This document shows positions 1-7,004 of a stretch of 31,383 nucleotides of DNA, one piece after another. The notes under the pieces were generated by a model. The model did not search any database. It was not told the origin of the DNA and saw only the letters and a list, made by a program, of their open reading frames with translations. This DNA comes from a virus (taxonomy: Duplodnaviria; Caudoviricetes), in IMG/VR virus record IMGVR_UViG_3300017651_000084, positions 1-31,383 of that record; one strand, written 5' to 3'. Position numbers and translations under genes: made by a program. The first letter of the stretch is position 1. Every line of letters starts with the position of its first letter.

Positions 1-170
1 GAATTACCTATGCGCTAGGGTTAAAAGCTATTTTACGACATGATCCTGATATTATCATGGTAGGAGAAATACGAGATGCGGAAACGGCGAAGATTGCCAT
101 TCGTGCTGCTTTAACAGGACATTCAGTAAGGGTAATAGAACTATGCAAGAAAAAAAGATTTAATGATTAA
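1..170 (+). pseudogene. comGA: Host competence/type IV pilus ATPase ComGA, 5' part, interrupted by the prophage (starts upstream of window)
   Basis: Frame +3 reads [40 protein letters not shown], i.e. the Walker B and His-box of the GspE/PilB/ComGA family. After H (120-122) it diverges to [15 protein letters not shown] (stop 168-170) instead of the expected LVLxTLH. Confidence 0.85.
105..140. other. Probable attL junction (host/prophage boundary)
   Basis: ComGA homology ends at about 122 and the integrase stop is at 160. There is an imperfect dyad centred on CA 120-121 (7 of 13 flanking pairs complementary). Confidence 0.6.
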
Positions 171-1626
171 ACTTGAAATCAAGAATTTTTAAACACTCTG
201 GTTTTCTTTTGAAACTAACCCGTTCAACGAAAAAACTTTTTGTCACCAGATGTACTAAAAATTTCTTTTCGCTAGTTTTCATATAATTCCAGTTTGTTCG
301 AATATCAGTTAAAATACCTTGAAGCTCTTCAGGGTTATATTTTATCACATGATTCGGTTTCATTTCCTCTATTTGTTGTCTAATTAATTTTTCTCTTTCG
401 TTCTCTTCATTCATTCGCTTCGTAAAGTCATCATCTGATATTTTCGTGTTTGCCCACGCATATTGCCATTTCTTTCTTCGATTCTCTATCAATTTTAACT
501 CATTCTGTAATAGCGCTAACTCTTTATCTAATTCATTTTCTTTTTTAGTTGTTTCAATATCTGAGCTTGCTGCTACCTCATCATGGATATCAAGAAAACT
601 TAATATGTTTAAGAATCGGTCTGTAATATATGTTTCAGCCATAAAGGGCATATCACATAGTTTCGCCTTTGCTTTTACGCAATAATATGATTTCGATTCG
701 TACTTTTTCCCTCCACGTTTCATATAAGATAATTTTCCAGCCAAAGCTGATCCACACCTGGCACATTTAGCTACACCCGAAAAAATAAAATCGCTTGTTG
801 CTCTTCTAGGATGATTTGTAGTTCTATTATTTACGATGTGTTGAACCTTCTCATAATCATCAACCGAAATGATTGCAGGAACAGCATCTTCTACTTCAAA
901 ATATTGATCTTTATTCACCCGGTAGTTGTAGCGGATTGTTCCCTTATACGTTGGATTTGTCAAAATATATCTAACTTTATTCGTGTTCCAAGATTGCCCT
1001 GATTTATTTGTAAAGTGCCGTTCATTTAACGTAGTTGCGACTTTATTCATACCCATACTATTGGTTAAGTAAAGTTGATATATCTCCTTTACCAATGCAG
1101 CTTCACTAAAGTTAATAACCAATGTATCATTTTCTCGATCTATTTCGTATCCAAACGGAGCTGTATTGGTGACCCATTTCCCTTGGCTCGCTTTTTGTTG
1201 CATCCCCATCCTCACACGTTCTGCAAGGTTCTCTCGTTCCCACTGAGCGAGAGCAGCAATAATAGTAATAAATACTCTTCCCATTGCAGTTGTGGTGTCA
1301 TAGACCTCGGTTGAAGATTTGAATTTACAGTTATGTTTTTCAAATACTTCAAGCAATTTATATAAATCTAAAACAGAACGAGTTAAGCGATCCAATCGAT
1401 AAACAAGTACACAATCAACGACACCTTCTTCTATATGTTTTAACATCCGTTGCAGTTCTGGACGTTCTAAATCTTTCGCACTTAACCCCTCATCAACATA
1501 AAAATTAAATACATCCCACCCTTGTGAAATGCAAAAAGCTTCAAGTTTTTGTTTTTGCGCGGATATAGAGTATCCTTCCCGCGCTTGCTCTTCAGTTGAA
1601 ACCCTTATATATGCTGCTACATTCAT
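160..1626 (-). CDS. int: Large serine recombinase (phage integrase)
   Basis: N-terminal YIRVST catalytic motif, VYRLDRLTR, recombinase domain (APFGY), zinc ribbon CARCG...C...C and coiled coil; 488 aa; start overlaps the upstream stop (ATGA). Confidence 0.96.
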   Translation of the reverse strand: MNVAAYIRVSTEEQAREGYSISAQKQKLEAFCISQGWDVFNFYVDEGLSAKDLERPELQRMLKHIEEGVVDCVLVYRLDRLTRSVLDLYKLLEVFEKHNCKFKSSTEVYDTTTAMGRVFITIIAALAQWERENLAERVRMGMQQKASQGKWVTNTAPFGYEIDRENDTLVINFSEAALVKEIYQLYLTNSMGMNKVATTLNERHFTNKSGQSWNTNKVRYILTNPTYKGTIRYNYRVNKDQYFEVEDAVPAIISVDDYEKVQHIVNNRTTNHPRRATSDFIFSGVAKCARCGSALAGKLSYMKRGGKKYESKSYYCVKAKAKLCDMPFMAETYITDRFLNILSFLDIHDEVAASSDIETTKKENELDKELALLQNELKLIENRRKKWQYAWANTKISDDDFTKRMNEENEREKLIRQQIEEMKPNHVIKYNPEELQGILTDIRTNWNYMKTSEKKFLVHLVTKSFFVERVSFKRKPECLKILDFKFNH

Positions 1627-2327
1627 TTTTTGCGACCTCCTACTAATTCTAGTTCTTTAGCATAATATTCTGATTTGATATTCCATAATACATCATCTCT
1701 ATATTCATAAGGTATTTCATTGATAAAATCTTGGAAATCAGGTCTTAGCCAAGGTGGGGTATCTTCATAAAGATCGATTTCCTGAGCCAAATGATCATCA
1801 TCTATCGAGGCATCCTTATAAGATTGACTAGCTTCAGCAAGTTTTTCATAAAACTGTAATCCAAACATTCTCGTTTCGAATTGTTCTAAACGACTTTTAG
1901 CAAAATCAAAGGTGACATTAAAACAAGAAGATATTAGATTGATTGCTTGATCTCGATACGTAGGGAATTCTAGTTTTAACAGCATAAATGTAGGTACACA
2001 GAAATGCATCATAAAATGATTGGCTTGAGCTTCTTGTAACTCACGGAATAGTTTTGGCATGATTAATTGACTTCCTGTATGATGCAACACATGGCCAAGT
2101 TCATGACCAAAGTCTTGCCATTTCTCCATTTCTGAAATGTTTTCATTTAACACAATATGATATTTTCCTTTAAATTTAACAGCTTTACTGTCCCAATCAC
2201 GAATATGTAAAGGAATGTTTAACCTTGAAGCAATGTAATCATAATCTAACTGTGAAGGGGAGGAAATTCCTATTGTTTGATACAGTGTTTGTATTTTTTC
2301 TTCCATTGTTGTCATCTGATAGTTCAT
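1623..2327 (-). CDS. ImmA/IrrE-family metallopeptidase (anti-repressor protease)
   Basis: HELGH zinc motif followed by E.QAN.F; next to the integrase; RBS GCGGGGG. Confidence 0.9.
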   Translation of the reverse strand: MNYQMTTMEEKIQTLYQTIGISSPSQLDYDYIASRLNIPLHIRDWDSKAVKFKGKYHIVLNENISEMEKWQDFGHELGHVLHHTGSQLIMPKLFRELQEAQANHFMMHFCVPTFMLLKLEFPTYRDQAINLISSCFNVTFDFAKSRLEQFETRMFGLQFYEKLAEASQSYKDASIDDDHLAQEIDLYEDTPPWLRPDFQDFINEIPYEYRDDVLWNIKSEYYAKELELVGGRKK

Positions 2328-2358
2328 ATTAACCCCCGCAAAAGTCCTTTTTAAGAAA

Positions 2359-2387
2359 ATTATACAAACATACGTTCTTATTTACAA
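2359..2387 (-). promoter_or_regulatory. SigA promoter for immA-int with a LexA (Cheo) box in the spacer
   Basis: Minus strand TTGTAA (2382-2387), 17 bp, TATAAT (2359-2364). AGAACGTATGTTTG (2365-2378) fits GAAC-N4-GTTY. Confidence 0.75.
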
Positions 2388-2450
2388 TCCCTTTATTTTC
2401 CTTTATCAAGTTGTTTAAATAAAAATAATTGAATTAGATTTCAATAAGGG

Positions 2451-2476
2451 ATATGATAATTACAAATAAGCGTTCG
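2451..2476 (+). promoter_or_regulatory. Possible -10 element and second LexA-like box upstream of the 240-aa gene
   Basis: TATGATAAT at 2452-2460 followed by CAAATAAGCGTTCG (2463-2476), which has one perfect GTTCG half-site and one degenerate half. Confidence 0.5.
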
Positions 2477-2496
2477 TATTTAAGGAGTGAAAAGGA

Positions 2497-3219
2497 GTGA
2501 AAAGTTTTATTATTCTCATGTCAATTTGGGGTGTTGTACTAGCATTAATAATAATTAATCTTTTTACAAATCCTGCCTCTTTTTTTGTTAATGGAACAAT
2601 AATTCTTGGGTGGTTTCTGTTTGCTATACAATTAACCTGGAATCAATCGGAAAGATTTTATATGTTTATAAAAAAGTTGTGGTTTAATATGATAAATCCT
2701 GAATGTGTTTGGAATATGGAAGTTTCATACCAAGGGGATTTTGACAGAGATATCTTTGATGTTTTAGATAAAACTTTTTTGGAAAGAGGAGAAAACCAAA
2801 AAATTATATCAGTAAGTAACATGCGTAAAATATACAAATTGGATACCCTGTCTTTCGAGATTAGTGTAGATGAATATAGTAGTACTATACAATTATCTTT
2901 ACAAGATTTAGAAGTTTCTTACAGACGATCCAAAAAAATAATTGAAGAGGAACTTGGTCAGCTATTAGAAGAAATAAATAAAAAAATAAAAGCTGACAAT
3001 ACTCATTACTCTTTAATCATTCAATTTAATGAATTTAATCCTTACTATGGTTTTTTTATAAGACGTCTGAATGCAAAAGATATTCAGACATTTAATGTGA
3101 AATTTAATATTGAAAGTGATAAGGTGTCAATTGGAAAAAAAAGAATCGAAATAAACACTACAACTTTACAAAAGTTAACCACTTTTTCAAAGGAATATTT
3201 AACTCTTTCCCCACGCTAA
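2497..3219 (+). CDS. Unknown membrane-anchored protein (two N-terminal hydrophobic helices plus soluble domain)
   Basis: RBS AAAGGAG/AAGGAG upstream; residues ~3-23 and ~29-47 are hydrophobic; 240 aa; opposite strand to its neighbours. Confidence 0.8.
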   Translation: MKSFIILMSIWGVVLALIIINLFTNPASFFVNGTIILGWFLFAIQLTWNQSERFYMFIKKLWFNMINPECVWNMEVSYQGDFDRDIFDVLDKTFLERGENQKIISVSNMRKIYKLDTLSFEISVDEYSSTIQLSLQDLEVSYRRSKKIIEEELGQLLEEINKKIKADNTHYSLIIQFNEFNPYYGFFIRRLNAKDIQTFNVKFNIESDKVSIGKKRIEINTTTLQKLTTFSKEYLTLSPR

Positions 3220-3894
3220 TTATAGGTGGGGTTTTATTAGCGTTTGATATATTTCCTCTACTAGATCTAATTCCTGTTCAATTGTTTCAATTGTGTCGTA
3301 TAAAACTATAGTCCCTTTTTTAGAGATAGCTATAGAAAATTCCTCTTTAGATTTATGGCTAACATATTTCATACGAATAGAAGATACATTACCTTCAGCA
3401 GCTGCATCTATAAATTCTTCACTTTTGTGTACATTTGGTCCAAAAAATCCAGCTGTTTTTAAGTGCGCTCTATTAAGATCTGCAATCCAGGCTCCACCTA
3501 CTTCTGTAATAAGCGGATACATTCTTGTGAAATCAATTTTTACCGGTTCTAAATTATATAACTTGGTGTTATTAATCCTTTTTATAAAATCGAGAGCTGC
3601 ATCAGTTTTGGTTTGAATAAAGGATAGGTCTTCTGCGGATTTAAAATAAGTATAGAAATTAAGTGGTTCGAAATAATATGTAAAATTTTTTCCGAAAACT
3701 CTTCCATTTTTTTTATGCATAAAATCATGATGACAAAGATATTGATCAAAATCCAAATGAAAGTCAATATGTTTTAATTCCAGTTTAATTTCAGAAGAAC
3801 CTTCATCTTCAAAAAGTTCTTCTTGAATGGGAATCATATAAGATTGAATAGTATGAAATTTAAAGGTGTTACAAGCCAAATAAGCCTTTGCCAT
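3220..3894 (-). CDS. Unknown soluble protein downstream of the repressor
   Basis: 224-aa ORF with RBS AGAAAGGG; its stop abuts the stop of the convergent gene. Confidence 0.82.
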   Translation of the reverse strand: MAKAYLACNTFKFHTIQSYMIPIQEELFEDEGSSEIKLELKHIDFHLDFDQYLCHHDFMHKKNGRVFGKNFTYYFEPLNFYTYFKSAEDLSFIQTKTDAALDFIKRINNTKLYNLEPVKIDFTRMYPLITEVGGAWIADLNRAHLKTAGFFGPNVHKSEEFIDAAAEGNVSSIRMKYVSHKSKEEFSIAISKKGTIVLYDTIETIEQELDLVEEIYQTLIKPHL

Positions 3895-3910
3895 AATCTC
3901 AACCCTTTCT

Positions 3911-3949
3911 AAAAAAGCACCTAACCATTCTCTGGTCTAGGTGCTTTTT
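3911..3949. terminator. Bidirectional terminator-like hairpin after the repressor
   Basis: AAAAAGCACCTA (3912-3923) / TAGGTGCTTTTT (3938-3949) with A/T tracts on both sides. Confidence 0.7.
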
Positions 3950-4292
3950 ACTTTTTCTCTTGCTCATTCAAATACTTTAAAAAGTCCAATGCTTTCCTGC
4001 GGTTTTCTTCTGGTGATCCTTTTAACTCTTTAAAAAAGATTTCGAATTCGGGATCGTCAAGCATGTCCTCGAAATTGGCTGTATCGTCTGTATTTTTAAT
4101 TTCACGTCCGAGTAGATAATCAACTGACACATCGAAGAAATCTGCAAATTTCTCAATAATTGTTATTTCTGGCTTTCTGTTTCCAGTTTCGTATCCCGAG
4201 ATTGTAGACTCTGCTAAATTAAATTTTTCTCCAAACTCTTTCATAGTCAACTTCTTTTCTTTTCTTAACTTACGAAGCTTTTCTCCGAACAT
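3948..4292 (-). CDS. CI/ImmR-like XRE-family prophage repressor
   Basis: HTH_3 pattern LRKLRKEKKLT...ESTISGYETG.R.P...FFDVSVDYLLGR; no S24 peptidase domain; RBS GGAGGTG. Confidence 0.92.
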   Translation of the reverse strand: MFGEKLRKLRKEKKLTMKEFGEKFNLAESTISGYETGNRKPEITIIEKFADFFDVSVDYLLGREIKNTDDTANFEDMLDDPEFEIFFKELKGSPEENRRKALDFLKYLNEQEKK

Positions 4293-4316
4293 CGGGACAC
4301 CTCCATCCTAAACATT

Positions 4317-4432
4317 ATTATACTTTGCATTATGCAAACATTAAACAAAAAAACAAAAAACTTTGCAAAATGCATTGACACTTTGCGTTCCGGGAAGTAT
4401 ATTGAATATAAGAACTTTACGTAATGCAAAGT
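4317..4432. promoter_or_regulatory. Lysis/lysogeny switch: divergent promoters and four palindromic operators
   Basis: ACTTTGC-N5-GCAAAGT variants at 4322, 4360, 4380 and 4414. Rightward TTGACA (4375-4380), 17 bp, TATATT (4398-4403). Leftward TATAAT at 4317-4322. Confidence 0.85.
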
Positions 4433-4449
4433 TAAGCGAGGTGATGCAA

Positions 4450-4671
4450 ATGTACAGTTTACCAAAACAAGCGAGAATAGACGCTTCACTAAGTATTGAA
4501 GAAGCAGCTAAACGTCTTAAAATATCCGCTGGATATCTATCTCAAATAGAAAATGGCCAACGTCAAGTCAGCGCTGATCGAGCAGAAGAAATTGCAAATT
4601 TATATCAAAAAAAGAAAGAAGAAATTTTTTTGCCAAGTCGCTACTCGATACGCGAAGTCCCTGCGGTTTGA
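4450..4671 (+). CDS. Cro-like XRE HTH regulator
   Basis: ARIDASLSIEEAAKRLKISAGYLSQIENG; divergent from the repressor; RBS GAGGTG supports ATG 4450 rather than 4363. Confidence 0.88.
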   Translation: MYSLPKQARIDASLSIEEAAKRLKISAGYLSQIENGQRQVSADRAEEIANLYQKKKEEIFLPSRYSIREVPAV

Positions 4672-4717
4672 TATTAATATTTTCTCCTATTAATTAAATG
4701 AAATGGGGTGGGAAACA

Positions 4718-4864
4718 TTGGAGAACACAAATGCTAACCAACAAAATTTCGGCCAGCCATCAAGTCGGATAAAAAAGCTAGTTGTTGAACACATGCTAAA
4801 AACCTCAGTACCACGCATCTTAGAAGAAAGAAGGAAACAACAGATTCAAAAAGGAGCTAGTTAA
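4718..4864 (+). CDS. Small hypothetical protein (48 aa, not in ORF track)
   Basis: GGGGTGGG RBS and TTG start; MENTNANQQ...MLKTSVPRILEERRK...GAS; fills the gap before the next gene. Confidence 0.65.
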   Translation: MENTNANQQNFGQPSSRIKKLVVEHMLKTSVPRILEERRKQQIQKGAS

Positions 4865-4884
4865 CTTACAGGGGAGGTTGAGTA

Positions 4885-5082
4885 GTGAATAGTATTGAAG
4901 ACCAGCTGTTTATTTCCGAAATCAAAGCAAAGCTTTTGTTAATCCTTCATGAATTAAAGCATGACAATGATTATCTTTCAAGAAAAGATATTGCTGAGGA
5001 TTTAGCGGAAGTCCTTGACTACATTTCCGAGATAGAGCCTACCCGCACATTTCAAGAAATGATTCATAAGGAGGGTGAGTAG
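4885..5082 (+). CDS. Hypothetical protein
   Basis: RBS GGGGAGG; 65 aa; stop abuts the next start. Confidence 0.7.
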   Translation: MNSIEDQLFISEIKAKLLLILHELKHDNDYLSRKDIAEDLAEVLDYISEIEPTRTFQEMIHKEGE

Positions 5083-5415
5083 ATGGAGCTGCTAATCAAA
5101 GATGAACAGGGTGCATTAGCCATTGATTTTAGTGTTGTGGAATCCATTGTAAAAAACGATGAATTTTTAAAGGAAATTGAAAGAATTTTTTGTCGCAATA
5201 AAAAAAGAAAAAGAGCAATTAAAGCATTTGATTATGAATTCGATGGTAAATCACTTTCTATCGATTGTTGCGTCGGAGGAACCTTATACAAAATTTATTA
5301 CTGGACGGAAAGTAATTTATATTCCATAGAGAGTTTTGGTTCTGTAGATGCCATGAGTTTACTTGTTAAAAGTGGATATACCATTTCAAAAGAAAATATA
5401 CCTTTTAATTTTTAA
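5083..5415 (+). CDS. Hypothetical protein
   Basis: RBS AAGGAGGG; 110 aa. Confidence 0.75.
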   Translation: MELLIKDEQGALAIDFSVVESIVKNDEFLKEIERIFCRNKKRKRAIKAFDYEFDGKSLSIDCCVGGTLYKIYYWTESNLYSIESFGSVDAMSLLVKSGYTISKENIPFNF

Positions 5416-5443
5416 TGAGGTTGAAAACACCTCACTTCCTTTT
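5416..5443 (+). terminator. Possible terminator hairpin
   Basis: TGAGGT/ACCTCA stem followed by CTTCCTTTT. Confidence 0.4.
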
Positions 5444-5503
5444 ACCACATTTGCGAAATTTGATGAACGATTTAATGAATAATTTTTGGAGGCGATTCAT
5501 ATA

Positions 5504-5584
5504 ATGTCCGATTTACTAAAGCCCGTGTCCATACTTACAGCATTCGCTTTTGGATATCTGATTTTATTAGCTTTATGTATTTGA
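5504..5584 (+). CDS. Small hydrophobic peptide (26 aa)
   Basis: RBS GGAGG; MSDLLKPVSILTAFAFGYLILLALCI. Confidence 0.45.
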   Translation: MSDLLKPVSILTAFAFGYLILLALCI

Positions 5585-5618
5585 ATATTACTATCTTGAT
5601 AGAAAAGGAGATGAAACG

Positions 5619-6380
5619 ATGAACAAGGATTTGGTTTTTATCGAAAACAAGAAAGTGGTGACTGACAGTTTAACTGTCGCTGAAGTATTTGGAAAAGAAC
5701 ATAAGAATGTTTTAACTGACATTAGAAAGCAAATGGAATATGCAGGAGATGAATTCGCCCGGCTAAATTTTCAGCGCGGCACGTACCAGGATAAAAACAA
5801 TCAAGCAAGACCTAAATATAACCTTACAGAAGAAGCCTTCACGTTGATCGTGTTTAGTTATAACACTAAAGAAGCGGTGCAAGCAAAGATTAAGTTTATA
5901 AAAGAGTTTAGAAGAATGAGTGATACATTAAAATCCGTTTATTCGCCTTCTTACATGATTGATGATCCAATCGAACGAGCTAAGAAATGGATTGAGGAAC
6001 AAGAACAAGTCAAAATGTTGGAGCAACGCGTGGCAGAATATGAACCAAAAGTTACTTATTATGACATCATCTTAAAATCAACAGATACAGTAAATATCAC
6101 TCAGATTGCAAAAGATTATGGATTGTCTGGACAAGCATTAAATTCCATTCTTCACGAAGAAGGAATTCAATATAAGTTAAGTGGTCAATGGTTACTCTAC
6201 AGTAAGTACCAGCACAGAGGGTACACGAAGTCAGAAACACAAGAATACACGCGAAGCAATGGTGAAATTGGAACAAAACTTCATACCAAATGGACTCAAA
6301 CAGGACGTCTGTTTATCCATCAAATTCTTGCCAAACGAGATATCTTACCTGTTATGGACTTGGAGAGTGACGCATCATGA
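5619..6380 (+). CDS. Phage antirepressor, Rha N-terminal domain plus KilAC/ANT C-terminal domain
   Basis: TDSLTVAEVFGKEHKNVL (Rha); PKVTYYD.IL...ITQIAKDYG...WTQTGRLFI (KilAC). Confidence 0.9.
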   Translation: MNKDLVFIENKKVVTDSLTVAEVFGKEHKNVLTDIRKQMEYAGDEFARLNFQRGTYQDKNNQARPKYNLTEEAFTLIVFSYNTKEAVQAKIKFIKEFRRMSDTLKSVYSPSYMIDDPIERAKKWIEEQEQVKMLEQRVAEYEPKVTYYDIILKSTDTVNITQIAKDYGLSGQALNSILHEEGIQYKLSGQWLLYSKYQHRGYTKSETQEYTRSNGEIGTKLHTKWTQTGRLFIHQILAKRDILPVMDLESDAS

Positions 6381-6619
6381 AATTACATAAACGAGCTTCA
6401 AAATCTGAGTATTTTGGGTTATTAGAATATGAGTCTTTATTAGTACAAGAAATTGAGATTCATAGCAATAGATTAGGTCATGAGAACGAGGTGAGGGTGT
6501 TAGAAGAAAAGAGACGAGAGGTTTCCGTTCAAAGAAGACGAATGAAGCTTGCATTACAAAACAAAAAGCAGCAAGTGGTTCCAGCACTTACTGCCCAAAC
6601 AAAGACACATAGTTTATGA
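6377..6619 (+). CDS. Hypothetical coiled-coil protein
   Basis: ATGA overlap with the antirepressor; 80 aa. Confidence 0.65.
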   Translation: MKLHKRASKSEYFGLLEYESLLVQEIEIHSNRLGHENEVRVLEEKRREVSVQRRRMKLALQNKKQQVVPALTAQTKTHSL

Positions 6620-6653
6620 ATTAATATTACCACTATTTAAGGTAATACGGCAA
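6562..6653 (-). ncRNA. Putative short antisense RNA unit (promoter plus terminator)
   Basis: Minus strand TTGCCG, 18 bp, extended -10 TGGTAATAT (6624-6632). Hairpin GCAGTAAGTG/CACTTGCTGC plus T5, with a G-U pair possible only on the minus strand. Confidence 0.5.
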
Positions 6654-6737
6654 TGATTAGTTTTGCCGTAATAGATAGGAATGTAGATTTTCCACCGTCT
6701 TCCATAACGGTCCTATCTATTCCGGTGCAACTGATCA
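6646..6737 (+). ncRNA. Structured intergenic RNA element
   Basis: 27-position stem 6654-6680/6711-6737 with 3 G-U pairs and 2 mismatches; competing 8-bp stem 6646-6653/6663-6670. Confidence 0.6.
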
Positions 6738-6762
6738 CCAATCTTTAGAAAGGAGTCTAAAC

Positions 6763-6936
6763 ATGATATTTCTAGTGGATTTTGTACTAAATACGAAAGG
6801 CAAGTTCAAGACGCTTTACACCGCTTTGGTAGAAGCAATAAGTGTAACTGACTGCCATCAGAAAGCGTCCGAACTAGCCAAGGACATTCCTCGACTACAG
6901 AACGAAAATATCCAAGTCTTAATCGAGGAATTATAA
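6763..6936 (+). CDS. Small hypothetical protein (57 aa, not in ORF track)
   Basis: RBS AGAAAGGAG; MIFLVDFVLNTKGKFKTLY...VLIEEL. Confidence 0.7.
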   Translation: MIFLVDFVLNTKGKFKTLYTALVEAISVTDCHQKASELAKDIPRLQNENIQVLIEEL

Positions 6937-7004
6937 GAATACTTAATTCTTATAGTGCCACAGTTAAAGAGCATTTACAAGATATCAGGAGGTACTTTAG
7001 GAGA

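Noticed and set aside
446-1314. Plus-strand ORFs 446-685, 811-1002 and 1075-1314
   Set aside because: Antisense shadows of the integrase with no RBS or recognisable motifs.
3293-3767. ORFs 3293-3616 (+) and 3582-3767 (-)
   Set aside because: Nested in the 224-aa gene as an antisense or alternative frame, with no supporting signals.
4265-4489. Minus ORF 4265-4489 and the 4363 start for Cro
   Set aside because: Both run across the operator/promoter region; the RBS supports a Cro start at 4450.
1623-4671. Arbitrium (aimR/aimP) or Rap/Phr signalling
   Set aside because: No TPR-type regulator or secreted peptide gene; the switch is ImmA/ImmR/Cro type.
6932-6954. Palindrome TATAAGAAT-N5-ATTCTTATA before the initiator gene
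   Set aside because: AT-only, single copy, matches neither the operator nor the LexA consensus; could be chance.
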